A stretch of DNA of 61,055 bases, the filler included, from Nemertoderma westbladi (taxonomy: Eukaryota > Animalia > Xenacoelomorpha), in NCBI GenBank assembly GCA_032718475.1. It is 3 parts of 3 records of this genome, joined end to end, with 100 filler letters (N's around TTAATTAATTAA, not from the genome) between each part and the next. Parts side by side here need not be neighbours in the genome. Positions count along the whole stretch, not along the records: positions 48,419 to 61,055 come from JAUCBJ010003747.1; 2 more parts are not named here. The stretch is one strand, 5' to 3'. Within the stretch, counting starts at the first letter, position 1, and each line of letters begins with the position of its first letter. The notes under the pieces are model-generated. The model had not been told where the DNA came from. It did no database searches and was given only the letters and a program-made list of their open reading frames with translations. The position numbers and the translations under genes are program-made. This document shows, in pieces, positions 48,990 through 59,050 of this stretch.

Positions 48990-50720
48990 TTAAGTAAAGA
49001 ATCGTACGGCGTGTTCATTACGAATCTTCGCGTTGTAGCGATCTATCACTTCATTCAGTTCGTCGTTGTAATCGACTTGTCCCGCTGGATGAATGAGGTG
49101 ACATAGGTTCACTTGGTTTTGCCAAGTTTCATTTTCCGTAAGGAGGTCGATGGTATTCTCATCATCGAAGAGTTGGTGGATATCGTCATTATCTGAGGAG
49201 TATGGTTTTCCCTCAGTTGGGTCGTCTCCCTCACTGATCTCATCTTCCCATTCACTCACCTGGTAGACTTTTTCTTTGGGTAGCCTTTCCATGAGAGTTC
49301 TACGGGAAGGGCCAGTAAAGTACCAACCTACTCTAGTTCTTCCCGCATAGGTTTGTAGTGGTTGCGGTTGAGCAGGCTGTTTCTCCAATGTCTCAAGCGC
49401 CTCATGCGCATTTTGGCCGATGAGTATTTGCACTCCAGGGTAGTCTGTGTTGAATCTAGGTATCTTATGCTGCTGGGTGAAATCGTCCTCATCCCAGTTA
49501 TAAGGTTCCACTTGGCTGGTAGCGAAGTTCTTTATCGCCACCATTTTTACTGACCTTATGCTGTGTTCTCCTAGTTCATCCTGGGGGGTGGACAACGCGC
49601 CTACGTAATAATCTGTAGTTACTGTAGATTTCCAAACCTGCATAATTCCTGACATGTTCAACTTAGTCCGGAACTTGGGTTGTCCAGCAAAGATGTCTTT
49701 GGCTAGTTCTTTGTCAATGAATGTTCCTGTGCTGCCGGAGTCAAGGAGGGCGTTCACTATATAGCTCTTGGCTGGTCCGTGGACTCTCAACTGCACTACG
49801 GGAAATTCTCGGATTCCTACGTTGGAAGTTGGTGCTTTCCAAGATGGTTGTCGGTCAGGAGTAGTTAGGGGGAGCTCACTGTCGGTTTCTTTCTCATACG
49901 TAAGTGCTCGATACACTGCGGTATTTATTAGGTAACAAGATTCGTTTTCGTCGGAGAATTCATCCGTATAGAATCCTTCCATCTCAGAACTTTGGTCAGT
50001 GTCGTTCACATCACTGAATTGGACATGTAGTTCGGGCTCACTTACCTGACTCGGGCTGTTTCTTTCGAATTCAGTGTACAACAAGATATGATGTTTCGCG
50101 CCGCACTTTGCACACCTTGCGTCGGAGTAGCAGGTTCGCCGTTGGTGTCCTTGTCTGAGGCAATTATAACACAACCGCTTATCCCACATGACTTCACGTC
50201 TATCTTTTAGTGATTTCTTTAAAAATTTATCACATACACTTAAACGGTGGGGCCCGTCGCACAGCGCACATTTTGGTTTGATGTTACTCACCTTACCTTG
50301 GGTAACGTTGTGCACTCTCGTTCTTTCCTCGGGCTTTCTTCCGTGAACTCTATTAGGAGACGTAGGAGGAGTTTTTGTTACCTGTTCTCTCCTGTCATTG
50401 GTTCGAGACTTAAATTTACTTACGTCTTTAGGCGCTTTGTTGACATAGTAAGATCTTTCAGTATCTTTCCCGCTGTCCTCTTCTTGAGAAGCCTGGCTTT
50501 CGCCGTCGTCTGTATAACACACTGGTGTTACCTTTCTCCTAGAAACGGGTTTCTCACTTACCTTATTTTCCGGTGTCTTCTCTCTGGACTGCTTTAGGAG
50601 CTGTAATTTTACCTCTCCATCTAAGAATGACATGAGATCAGCCATGGTAGGGTCTCTTCGTTGTTGTTCCATCATATATAAGACTTTCTTGTCCCAGCGT
50701 GTACCTACTCCATCCACCCT
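48990..50720 (-). CDS. Bel/Pao Gag C-terminus (three zinc knuckles) plus aspartic protease
   Basis: CALCDGPHRLSVC, CYNCLRQGHQRRTC, CAKCGAKHHILL; VNALLDSGSTGTFI; ILIG; TRVGWYFTGP. Confidence 0.9.
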   Translation of the reverse strand, partial: RVDGVGTRWDKKVLYMMEQQRRDPTMADLMSFLDGEVKLQLLKQSREKTPENKVSEKPVSRRKVTPVCYTDDGESQASQEEDSGKDTERSYYVNKAPKDVSKFKSRTNDRREQVTKTPPTSPNRVHGRKPEERTRVHNVTQGKVSNIKPKCALCDGPHRLSVCDKFLKKSLKDRREVMWDKRLCYNCLRQGHQRRTCYSDARCAKCGAKHHILLYTEFERNSPSQVSEPELHVQFSDVNDTDQSSEMEGFYTDEFSDENESCYLINTAVYRALTYEKETDSELPLTTPDRQPSWKAPTSNVGIREFPVVQLRVHGPAKSYIVNALLDSGSTGTFIDKELAKDIFAGQPKFRTKLNMSGIMQVWKSTVTTDYYVGALSTPQDELGEHSIRSVKMVAIKNFATSQVEPYNWDEDDFTQQHKIPRFNTDYPGVQILIGQNAHEALETLEKQPAQPQPLQTYAGRTRVGWYFTGPSRRTLMERLPKEKVYQVSEWEDEISEGDDPTEGKPYSSDNDDIHQLFDDENTIDLLTENETWQNQVNLCHLIHPAGQVDYNDELNEVIDRYNAKIRNEHAVRFFT

Positions 50721-51470
50721 TTGGTAAAGTAGAGGCCACGGCTCCAATAACCATAGAACTCTGATATTCATGAGACTTACCTAGCCAATCTAATTGTCTA
50801 CAGATCTCCTGAATATCATCGGAAAACTCTATAATCCCGCTGCTAATGAACTTTTGGGGCGCTACCAATTTTGCATACAAATACCTAGCTATGTTGTTCC
50901 TATTACCATACATGATGTTTAGTGTATCCCAAACTTGTCTTAATCCATCTGGATGTCCAATAAACTTCAACGCCATTAACTTGGGAGATCCTTCCAAGCA
51001 CTCAATGAGGAATCTAAGTTTCTCTCCGTTAGATAGCACAGAGTTCTGTATGTTATCTTTATAATATTCATTAAAAGGTAACCATTTCATCTCATCTCCA
51101 TTGAACTTGACGATCTCTCCCACCTTTACCGCTTGACGGGCTTCGGTTCTAGCCATCTGATGCGTAAAACTTTCATGGGCCATCGTGTTATTTAATATCG
51201 AGTTATCGGTATATAAATTTCTCGGATTATGATCAGGTCTATATGGAATATCATTATCAACAGGTTTATAATTACCCTTAATAGGGTTTACTATAGGAGT
51301 TTCTACTTCACTAGCAGTATAGATGCGTGTAGGCTCCACACCTTGCGCATGAAATACTTCAGACCGAACAGGTTGACACATTGTTACAGGGGGTGGTGGT
51401 ATACCTCTTTGTATATTTACCAATTTATCGCGTTTAACGCGATACTCTGCTGCACTTCTTGCAACTCTAA
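50715..51470 (-). pseudogene. Bel/Pao Gag core (DUF1759-like), frameshifted from its neighbours
   Basis: KFNGDEMKWLPF...LSNGEKLRFLIECLEG..LNIMYG. The frame changes at STLPK/GVGTRW near 50718. Confidence 0.82.
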
Positions 51471-51542
51471 CCTACCCTCTCTGACTGTTCCCTTTAACTG
51501 CTGAACAGTCCCTTCCATCTCCCAGACCTGCTGAGAGGAGCA

Positions 51543-53612
51543 CTAACGGTGTTCCCTCAGCTGCCCGAGCAGGAGACCCATCTCCCGCCATCCCTCATCC
51601 ACCCACTCTACCGCCGAAGCGGGAGCCGCCAACATAGTAGCGGGTAGACGAGGGACAACGGGCGACAAATCGTTGATATTTCGCTCGGAGTCCAGGACAG
51701 GAACTGTCTCAGGGGCAGTTCTGCTGGGCACATGTAGTTTAGTGCTGTGCAAAGGGAATTTAGAGGTAGGTTCTGGGAGTACAGGTGTCTCTATCACCGA
51801 AGGGGTGGCTTCGAGAACAGGCCTAATTATTTCAGGCTCATCTACTATAGTAGGGAGTCTTTCTACTCTAATAATTTGGTCTGTGGGTTCTGTACTACCT
51901 AAGTCTGTGCTAGCTAGTTGCCTTCTCACAGCTGGGGGCAAATCAGGCAATTTCTGACGGTGAGGCATTCTTCTACGTCTGTTGGAACGAGATCTATTTC
52001 CTCCGCCTTCAGGATCGGTGATATCGCCTTCATCCGATGATGTAAAGCCCTGTCGCTTGGGGGTGGATCGACTTATCATCTGCCACTGAGTAGCTGTTCT
52101 CTGTTTATCTATGTAGTCTTGCTTCTCTTGCAGATTTTCCAACTCTAGTTGGGTGGTCTCTTCAGATGCTCTCCGTTCTGCTTCTGCCACTGCTATCTTT
52201 CTTTCCGCTTCTGCCGCTTTTCTTTCCGCTTCTGCCGCTGCCACTGCCGCTTTTCTTTCCACTTCTGCCGCTTTTCTTTCCGCTTCTGCCGCTGCCTCTG
52301 CCGCCTTTCTTTCCACTTCTGCCGCTGCCTCTGCCGCTTTTCTTTCCACTTCTGCCGCTGCCTCTGCCGCTTTTCTTTCCACTTCTGCCTCTTTTCTTTC
52401 CGCTTCTGCAGCTGCCACTGCCGCTGCTGCTGTCTTTCTGTCTTCTATACTAGCGATGCGGCTGCTTTCATCAAATTTAGCTTGGTTCGCAGCTAACATT
52501 TCCGCATCTATTGCGTCCAGCACAAACTTGGCTCCTTCACTATTAGGGCGAAGTCCAGCCAGCCTTCTCCTCAACTCTTTGTCACCTAGAAATCGTTGAT
52601 AGTCTGACAGATAGATGTCAATAGCGTCCTTCTTCTGCGGTTTCTCTGCTGTCGATTCGCTTTCCACTTGAGAAAAGGTAGCGTCTGTTGATTCTCCATG
52701 GGTTGAGCGCTCAGCCAGCTGAAATTTCCACTGGGCCGTTCCTTGAACCTTGAGACTCACCCGCTGGAACCAAGTCTTTACGGCAACCTGCAACGACGTG
52801 TCTTGTCTTCTTTTCGAAGCTTCCTCAAAGGCCGATAGGATTAGTCTGATTCTTAGAATTATTTCTCGAACTTGATAAAGCAGCTCTCCCTGCTCTTGAG
52901 GTCCTTGGGGTTGTTGAAACAGTTGTTCCTCTAATCGCTCCAAAGAGCTGAAGAATCCCTGTACATATCCTGCTGCCGACCTCTTCCACACAGCTGGATC
53001 ACTAGTGTCTTTTGTCACTCCCATCCTGTGTAAGTCTTCCCAGGTAGCTTCCGATAAGTTAAACGGGAGTCCGGGTCCGGGGAAGTTCCATTGCGACTCG
53101 ACAATAGACTTCAATTCCTCCCTTGTGTATCCCGCATAACTGTCCTTGGTCGATCGCTTACTTCTCGCCCAATCGATTTGGTGTTCCTCCACCGCAATCA
53201 ATACCCTAGTGAGTACGGCTGCAGGAAGAATGAGAAGGGGATCCGAATAAACCGCATCTGCCATTTTTGCTCTGCGCTCGGGTGTCAGCTCTACAGTATC
53301 CGAACTACTGGAGCTGTCGGGCCGCTGAGAAATAAGTTCTCGGCTCGGGTGTTGCTGCTGTTTAACAGCTGCTTCTTGGTCACGCTTGACTTGAGCCCGA
53401 GTGCCTATGATAGACCTACGGTGTTGGACTAGCCTAGGGTCTGATACTACTACTGGAGGGATGATCTTTCTTACAGTAGGAGGTGAGTTGGACTTTGGTC
53501 TGGGATGTTCTATACTTTGATCTGGGTCACAGATCTTTTTAAGACACTGTCTAACAGTCATTCTAACACTTTCTAAGAGACTATCTGACAGTGTTTGGGT
53601 TGTGTCAGACAT
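51543..53612 (-). CDS. Element N-terminal ORF (ORF0 / extended Gag N-terminus), 689 aa, unknown function
   Basis: Long ATG-initiated ORF conserved with copy 1, with an (AEVERKAAEAA)n repeat. Confidence 0.85.
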   Translation of the reverse strand: MSDTTQTLSDSLLESVRMTVRQCLKKICDPDQSIEHPRPKSNSPPTVRKIIPPVVVSDPRLVQHRRSIIGTRAQVKRDQEAAVKQQQHPSRELISQRPDSSSSSDTVELTPERRAKMADAVYSDPLLILPAAVLTRVLIAVEEHQIDWARSKRSTKDSYAGYTREELKSIVESQWNFPGPGLPFNLSEATWEDLHRMGVTKDTSDPAVWKRSAAGYVQGFFSSLERLEEQLFQQPQGPQEQGELLYQVREIILRIRLILSAFEEASKRRQDTSLQVAVKTWFQRVSLKVQGTAQWKFQLAERSTHGESTDATFSQVESESTAEKPQKKDAIDIYLSDYQRFLGDKELRRRLAGLRPNSEGAKFVLDAIDAEMLAANQAKFDESSRIASIEDRKTAAAAVAAAEAERKEAEVERKAAEAAAEVERKAAEAAAEVERKAAEAAAEAERKAAEVERKAAVAAAEAERKAAEAERKIAVAEAERRASEETTQLELENLQEKQDYIDKQRTATQWQMISRSTPKRQGFTSSDEGDITDPEGGGNRSRSNRRRRMPHRQKLPDLPPAVRRQLASTDLGSTEPTDQIIRVERLPTIVDEPEIIRPVLEATPSVIETPVLPEPTSKFPLHSTKLHVPSRTAPETVPVLDSERNINDLSPVVPRLPATMLAAPASAVEWVDEGWREMGLLLGQLREHR

Positions 53613-55632
53613 GATTTAATTTATAGTTGAATGCCTACTACTATAATGATAGTTAAAGCAAGTCTAGTAATTCAGTATCAACTATAAGTCTAGTAATTAA
53701 TTACCGATACCGTTACTCAGTATAACGTGATATATATACAATATATTAGAATACCGGTATACACTTATAGTATATATATAAGTATTATTACAGACTAGGG
53801 TTTGTCACAGAATACCGGTATATAATTTCAGCATAAATATATAGGAATATATATAATAAGCCTACCGTGAGTACCGGTATACAACTTACACTTATAGTAT
53901 ATATAAGTATGATTATAGACTAGAATTAATTACAGAATACCGGTATATAATTTCAGCATAAATTTATAGAAATAAATATAATAAGCCTACTATAAATACT
54001 GGTAATGTCAATTATTTTAGAATAACTGAATTTCTGAATTTTAGGATTACTTTCCTTTACTTTTTTACTGTTATTAAGCAGTAGTCCAACTGATATTAAG
54101 ACCTACTTGATGTATGACAGGCCTACTATTTTATAAATCGGTTTGAGTTGATTTAAATATATATATACCCTTATAATGGGTTTTTGACAATATTTGAAAT
54201 AAATGTTATTATTTCTGGTGAGGAGTCACTACACAGAAGCTGAACGCTCTCAGTGAAGAGCTACTTGTTGGACACTAAAACAAATAATTCTAATTTGCTA
54301 AGTTACTTATTACTACAAATTACGTACAATTGCGGGGTGAGATTACAATCTCTAAATAAACACAAAAAAATTACACGTATAAATTTTAGGGTAATTTTAC
54401 AGGAAATCTACTAACCAGCCTAACAAGGGGTTAGAATTTCTGGTTATTACAAACGGACAGGAAACTACGGTATTTGAAAATAATAAAGCAGTAGTAAATA
54501 TATTGCGTTGTCTAGATAAGAAAATACCACCGTCTGACAACTTATAGTCTCTAGCTTTACAGCTCTATAAGTACTACGTTATATACCCGGAATGTCCCTA
54601 CCTAGAAGTTAATTACCGCAGCCAACCATAGCTAACGTGCCTATTAACCACTTTACAACACAACTATACTGCCTACACACTAATTACCTTCGGAAAGCAC
54701 TGTACACTAAACCCTAAATTAGGTACAAGTACTTATACAACAAATAACCAGCAGTTAAAAATACTTGTACAGCTAAAAGAACCACGGTATCTGCTGGAGT
54801 GACTAGAGCATAAAATCACCAGTCTTTACCTACGCCAAACAGCCCTGATGTAGTACCGGGGTTAATTTAACTATAACGGTGTGTATAACAAGCACAATAA
54901 CTGTAGGAATAAACTTGGGGTTGTGTATGTTGCGAATAATCGCATAAACTCTGAATAATAAATATTACGCTACCCGTACAGACTACACAAACAAAATACA
55001 AACCAAATGCTGACAGACTACTATCAAGCCTAAATAAACTACAGTATATGCAGACTCTGAAATGGTTAGTTAGTGTGCGTTCTAACCGAGTAGTACGACT
55101 TATTCTTTCGGAGGGGATTTACCTTACAACACTGGATGCCCCCACCTTCCTAACTAGTATTTTATCGGACATACACTCTACACACACTGCAATCTCTTCA
55201 GACCCAACAACAGCCAGACAACAATCCAGCCTACAAATTATTTATACAATCTGAGCAGGCTTACACGCCTTCTGCTCAATATTACACTTACAAATAAATA
55301 AAACTGACAGAAATAAGTAAAATCCCAATAAAAAACCAGGTGTCCCTGATTAAATACCAAGACCTACTGGTATATAATTATCAAAATCGAATAATACTGC
55401 TGTACCTGTAAGTACCGGTTCGGGCAGTTGGGCAGTTAGGCCTACAGCTTACCGTTCGACCGGTACCTTCGACTTTATTGCCTACGGTGCAATAAAGAAT
55501 CTAAAAATCTATTATTGTTCTTACCAGAACAATAGACAAAATATTTATTGCCTACGTGCAAAAATCAAGAGTTTAAAAACTATTAATGTTCGCGCTTTTA
55601 GACCTTTAGCAGTTTAACCTGCCAATTTTAAT

Positions 55633-56763
55633 TGTCTTTTTTGTATATCAATTATTTAATGTACTGAAGTTACATCAGCCGAAGCCAGCCTGTGCGCGAC
55701 CATTCACCCACAGTTAAGGGAGACTGGATTCGGATGCTTTGATAGTGATTGCAGTGTAGACCTACTGTATTATTCGATTGATCGTTAATATATAATCTCT
55801 GACAATATATTTACTTTCGGGGAAATATTAACAGTTCCTTTAGGACGTGGCGCTTTAAGTATAAAACAGAGTTATGACTTATACTAATCACAACTGGATA
55901 GCAACTGAGTTTCGTAAAAAGCGCATTCTTTAGGAGATGCTTTATTAACCTTCACACTACTTCACACTACTGCGCACTGATCTGCCGACCGTCACTGAAT
56001 TTGATCATATATAAGGAGGATCGCAACTGACACATGTAGGGATTATGAAATAGCATTCAATTCACACAAAAACCACTATAATGTAAGTCGCAGTTGCTAC
56101 CGGTAAACCTGTTCCTCTAACCTTTAGTAATCAAAGAGATTGAGGGTTTTATGATTATTCATCGGTATTCTCCAAATATATCTGCAATATATACCAACAT
56201 AACACCAAATAATAACAGAATCAAATAATGCAGTGAACAGTCAGTATGTGTAGTTGAATCGCGTTGCGTAGTGCCGCGGTGTGGCGATTCAGATATGAAG
56301 TATGATTCAGCAATGATTCAGTAGTTGAATTGTTAATAGTTTTACGTTCTTTTAATCAAAGCCATCTGATGTTTCTGATGTTTAGGTCAAAGTCTGAAAC
56401 TTCCACAGAAGTACAGAAGAATCCTAAGCCGGTGTTCTGGGCTTAGAAAAGATACACACTGACTGAATTGCGTGAGTTTCTGTAGGCACTGTCCAACACA
56501 AAGTGAAAATCGCTCTGATTGGTCGAGCGAGCCGAACAAAGAACAAAGAAAAGCTCCACGCTGGCATTAAATCAGCTGACAGATTTCGTCATCTGAGTTA
56601 CAGTCTTTAGAGTATTAAGCGAATTGCGGCAAAATGGCTAGTTATGTCCGCTAAAGCACGCATACAGACATAATGGGTAAAAATGGCTTGTTATGTCCGC
56701 TAAAAGCACCTACACGGTACATTGCGGAGAAAATGACTGGTTATATCCGCAAAAGCTTTTACA
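55633..56763 (-). repeat. Putative 5' LTR of copy 2 (~1.13 kb)
   Basis: TGT...ACA plus 8 nt plus TGG, a CCAAT box near 56520, and three ~50-bp repeats at 56625-56757. Confidence 0.55.
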
Positions 56764-57067
56764 GGTCGCAGAAATTAGATAAATACGGGCGGGTTTCGGT
56801 GCGGTAATTCAATGTCTTCGAATGTTCAACGTCGTTCTATGTTTAATGTTTTTATTGTATGAAATTGTACCAAATCAAATTTATCGTCAGCTCGGAGTGT
56901 TACTGTTAGATAGTCAGTCTAAAGCTAAACTGCCAAATTTACATTTATACGATGTTTAACTTTAATGCCTCATCTGTTTTTGCCGTGGCGGCCGCAGATC
57001 TAAATTTGCCAGTGGAAGAGGTGAGTAACCCTATACATATCTGGTCCTGGGCGAGGAAGCACCATTG

Positions 57068-57789
57068 ATGGAGTCTCAGTCACCGCCGCCATTCTCGGAT
57101 TTTTCTAACTCTCAGCCTCCGTCTCATCTGCCAACACACCTTATACCGCCAAACAGCGAAAGTTCCCTCCAAATATCCGATATTTCAGTGGATTTAGGGG
57201 TCGACCCGTCGGATATCAAAGGCTATCAGATAGCCAAGTTGTCACATAAAGTCAAAAAGCCCGGCCGGGATACGAAAACGAAACGAGAGATGTTGCGACG
57301 CATTAAAAATCGAAAGCGTCGCAAGATCCCGGCAATAACATCCCGGTGGACCAACTACGATGTGGGTGGAACAAAGGAAAGCAAAATCTGTTAGTTAGTA
57401 CTATTCATAAAGCCCACCAATGTATTTATATTTTTCTCTGCCGCATGCATGCACATCACATGGAAGCTTCATTGAATTTCGATGTCAAATCGAATTAGAT
57501 AGATTACAGTATAATCAACCATATTACTTTGTTCTTAAACATTACTTTAAACTGAAACTTTATTTAATCTCTGCGAATTAATATCTCGTCTCAACTAATT
57601 ATTGTTTTACAGGTGAGTAAACACATGACCTAATATGTTATAGTAGGTCATGGTAAACATCACACGAAAACCAACGAAAGCATAATGATTCTAGTGGCAA
57701 AGGATCACGATACTGTTATGTACAACTGTGGTTCACGGGTAAAGCCGTTGATAAACGCAATAAATCGAGATGGACTGAATGGTGTAGTA
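57068..57789 (+). pseudogene. Decayed two-exon gene fragment with weak SRF/MADS-box-like pattern
   Basis: KPGRDTK..IKNRKRR in exon A. Acceptor TTTTACAG at 57612, then ..IMILVAKDHDTVMY..VKPLI to a GTAAGT donor at 57790. Two small insertions disrupt it. Confidence 0.3.
57624..57652. mobile_element. 29-bp palindromic transposon footprint with 7-bp TSD
   Basis: GTAAACA-CATGACCTAATATGTTATAGTAGGTCATG-GTAAACA. Confidence 0.75.
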
Positions 57790-57811
57790 GTAAGTATTGT
57801 TATTATTTTTT

Positions 57812-57968
57812 GAGACGGGGGGGGGGGGGGGGGGACTGGACGCAAATCCTATATTGGCGAATTAATATCCCGCCTCGATGTTAAATTATCAATTTAGGGA
57901 AAGGAGCAGGTTACAGTGGCACGTTAATTTAACCAAAACAATAAACTAAGCACGATAGAACAGGTTAC
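57812..57968 (-). mobile_element. G-tract MITE copy (truncated)
   Basis: GAGACG poly-G ACTGGACGCAAATCC...GGAGCAGGTTACAGTGGCACG...GAACAGGTTAC. Confidence 0.8.
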
Positions 57969-58932
57969 CTGTATAGAGTTGTTTTATACAGTAGTAACTG
58001 TATAGAGTTGTTTTATACAGTAGTAACTGTATAGAGTTGTTTTATACAGTAGTAACTGTATAGAGTTGTTTTATACAGTAGTAACTGTATAGAGTTGTTT
58101 ATACAGTAGTAACTGTATAGAGTTGTTTTATACAGTAGTAACTGTATAGAGTTGTTTTATACAGTAGTAACTGTATAGAGTTGTTTTATACAGTAGTAAC
58201 TGTATAGAGTTGTTTTATACAGTAGTAACTGTATAGAGTTGTTTTATACAGTAGTAACTGTATAGAGTTGTTTTATACAGTAGTAACTGTATGGAGTTGT
58301 TTTATACAGTAGTAACTGTATGGAGTTGTTTTATACAGTAGTAACTGTATAGAGTTGTTTTATACAGTAGTAACTGTATAGAGTTGTTTTATACAGTAGT
58401 AACTGTATAGAGTTGTTTTATACAGTAGTAACTGTATGGAGTTGTTTTATACAGTAGTAACTGTATGGAGTTGTTTTATACAGTAGTAACTGTATAGAGT
58501 TGTTTTATACAGTAGTAACTGTATGGAGTTGTTTTATACAGTAGTAACTGTATGGAGTTGTTTTATACAGTAGTAACTGTATGGAGTTGTTTTATACAGT
58601 AGTAACTGTATAGAGTTGTTTTATACAGTAGTAACTGTATAGAGTTGTTTTATACAGTAGTAACTGTATAGAGTTGTTTTATACAGTAGTAACTGTATAG
58701 AGTTGTTTTATACAGTAGTAACTGTATGGAGTTGTTTTATACAGTAGTAACTGTATAGAGTTGTTTTATACAGTAGTAACTGTATAGAGTTGTTTTATAC
58801 AGTAGTAACTGTATAGAGTTGTTTTATACAGTAGTAACTGTATAGAGTTGTTTTATACAGTAGTAACTGTATGGAGTTGTTTTATACAGTAGTAACTGTA
58901 TAGAGTTGTTTTATACAGTAGTAACTGTATAG
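57969..58932. repeat. 29-bp tandem array, ~33 copies
   Basis: Unit CTGTAT(A/G)GAGTTGTTTTATACAGTAGTAA. Confidence 0.97.
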
Positions 58933-59050
58933 AAATGGAAATGCATTTCATTAATATTCCTAAACATTCCAATATTAAATCATATAATTATGGAAAATAG
59001 AACATCGTAACATATTGCAGTATCCACACTAATTTTCAAATTTATTTTAG

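Larger units (their letters stand above)
48419..56763 (-). mobile_element. Bel/Pao-type LTR retrotransposon copy 2 (LTR-leader-ORF0-gag-protease; 3' end cut by gap)
   Basis: DUF1759-like Gag region, Bel/Pao triple zinc knuckle, ALLDSGS protease, and a terminus shared with copy 1. Confidence 0.9.

Noticed and set aside
54868-54880. TAACTATAACGGT, start of the I-CeuI/23S rRNA site
   Set aside because: Only 13 bp match and there is no rRNA context.
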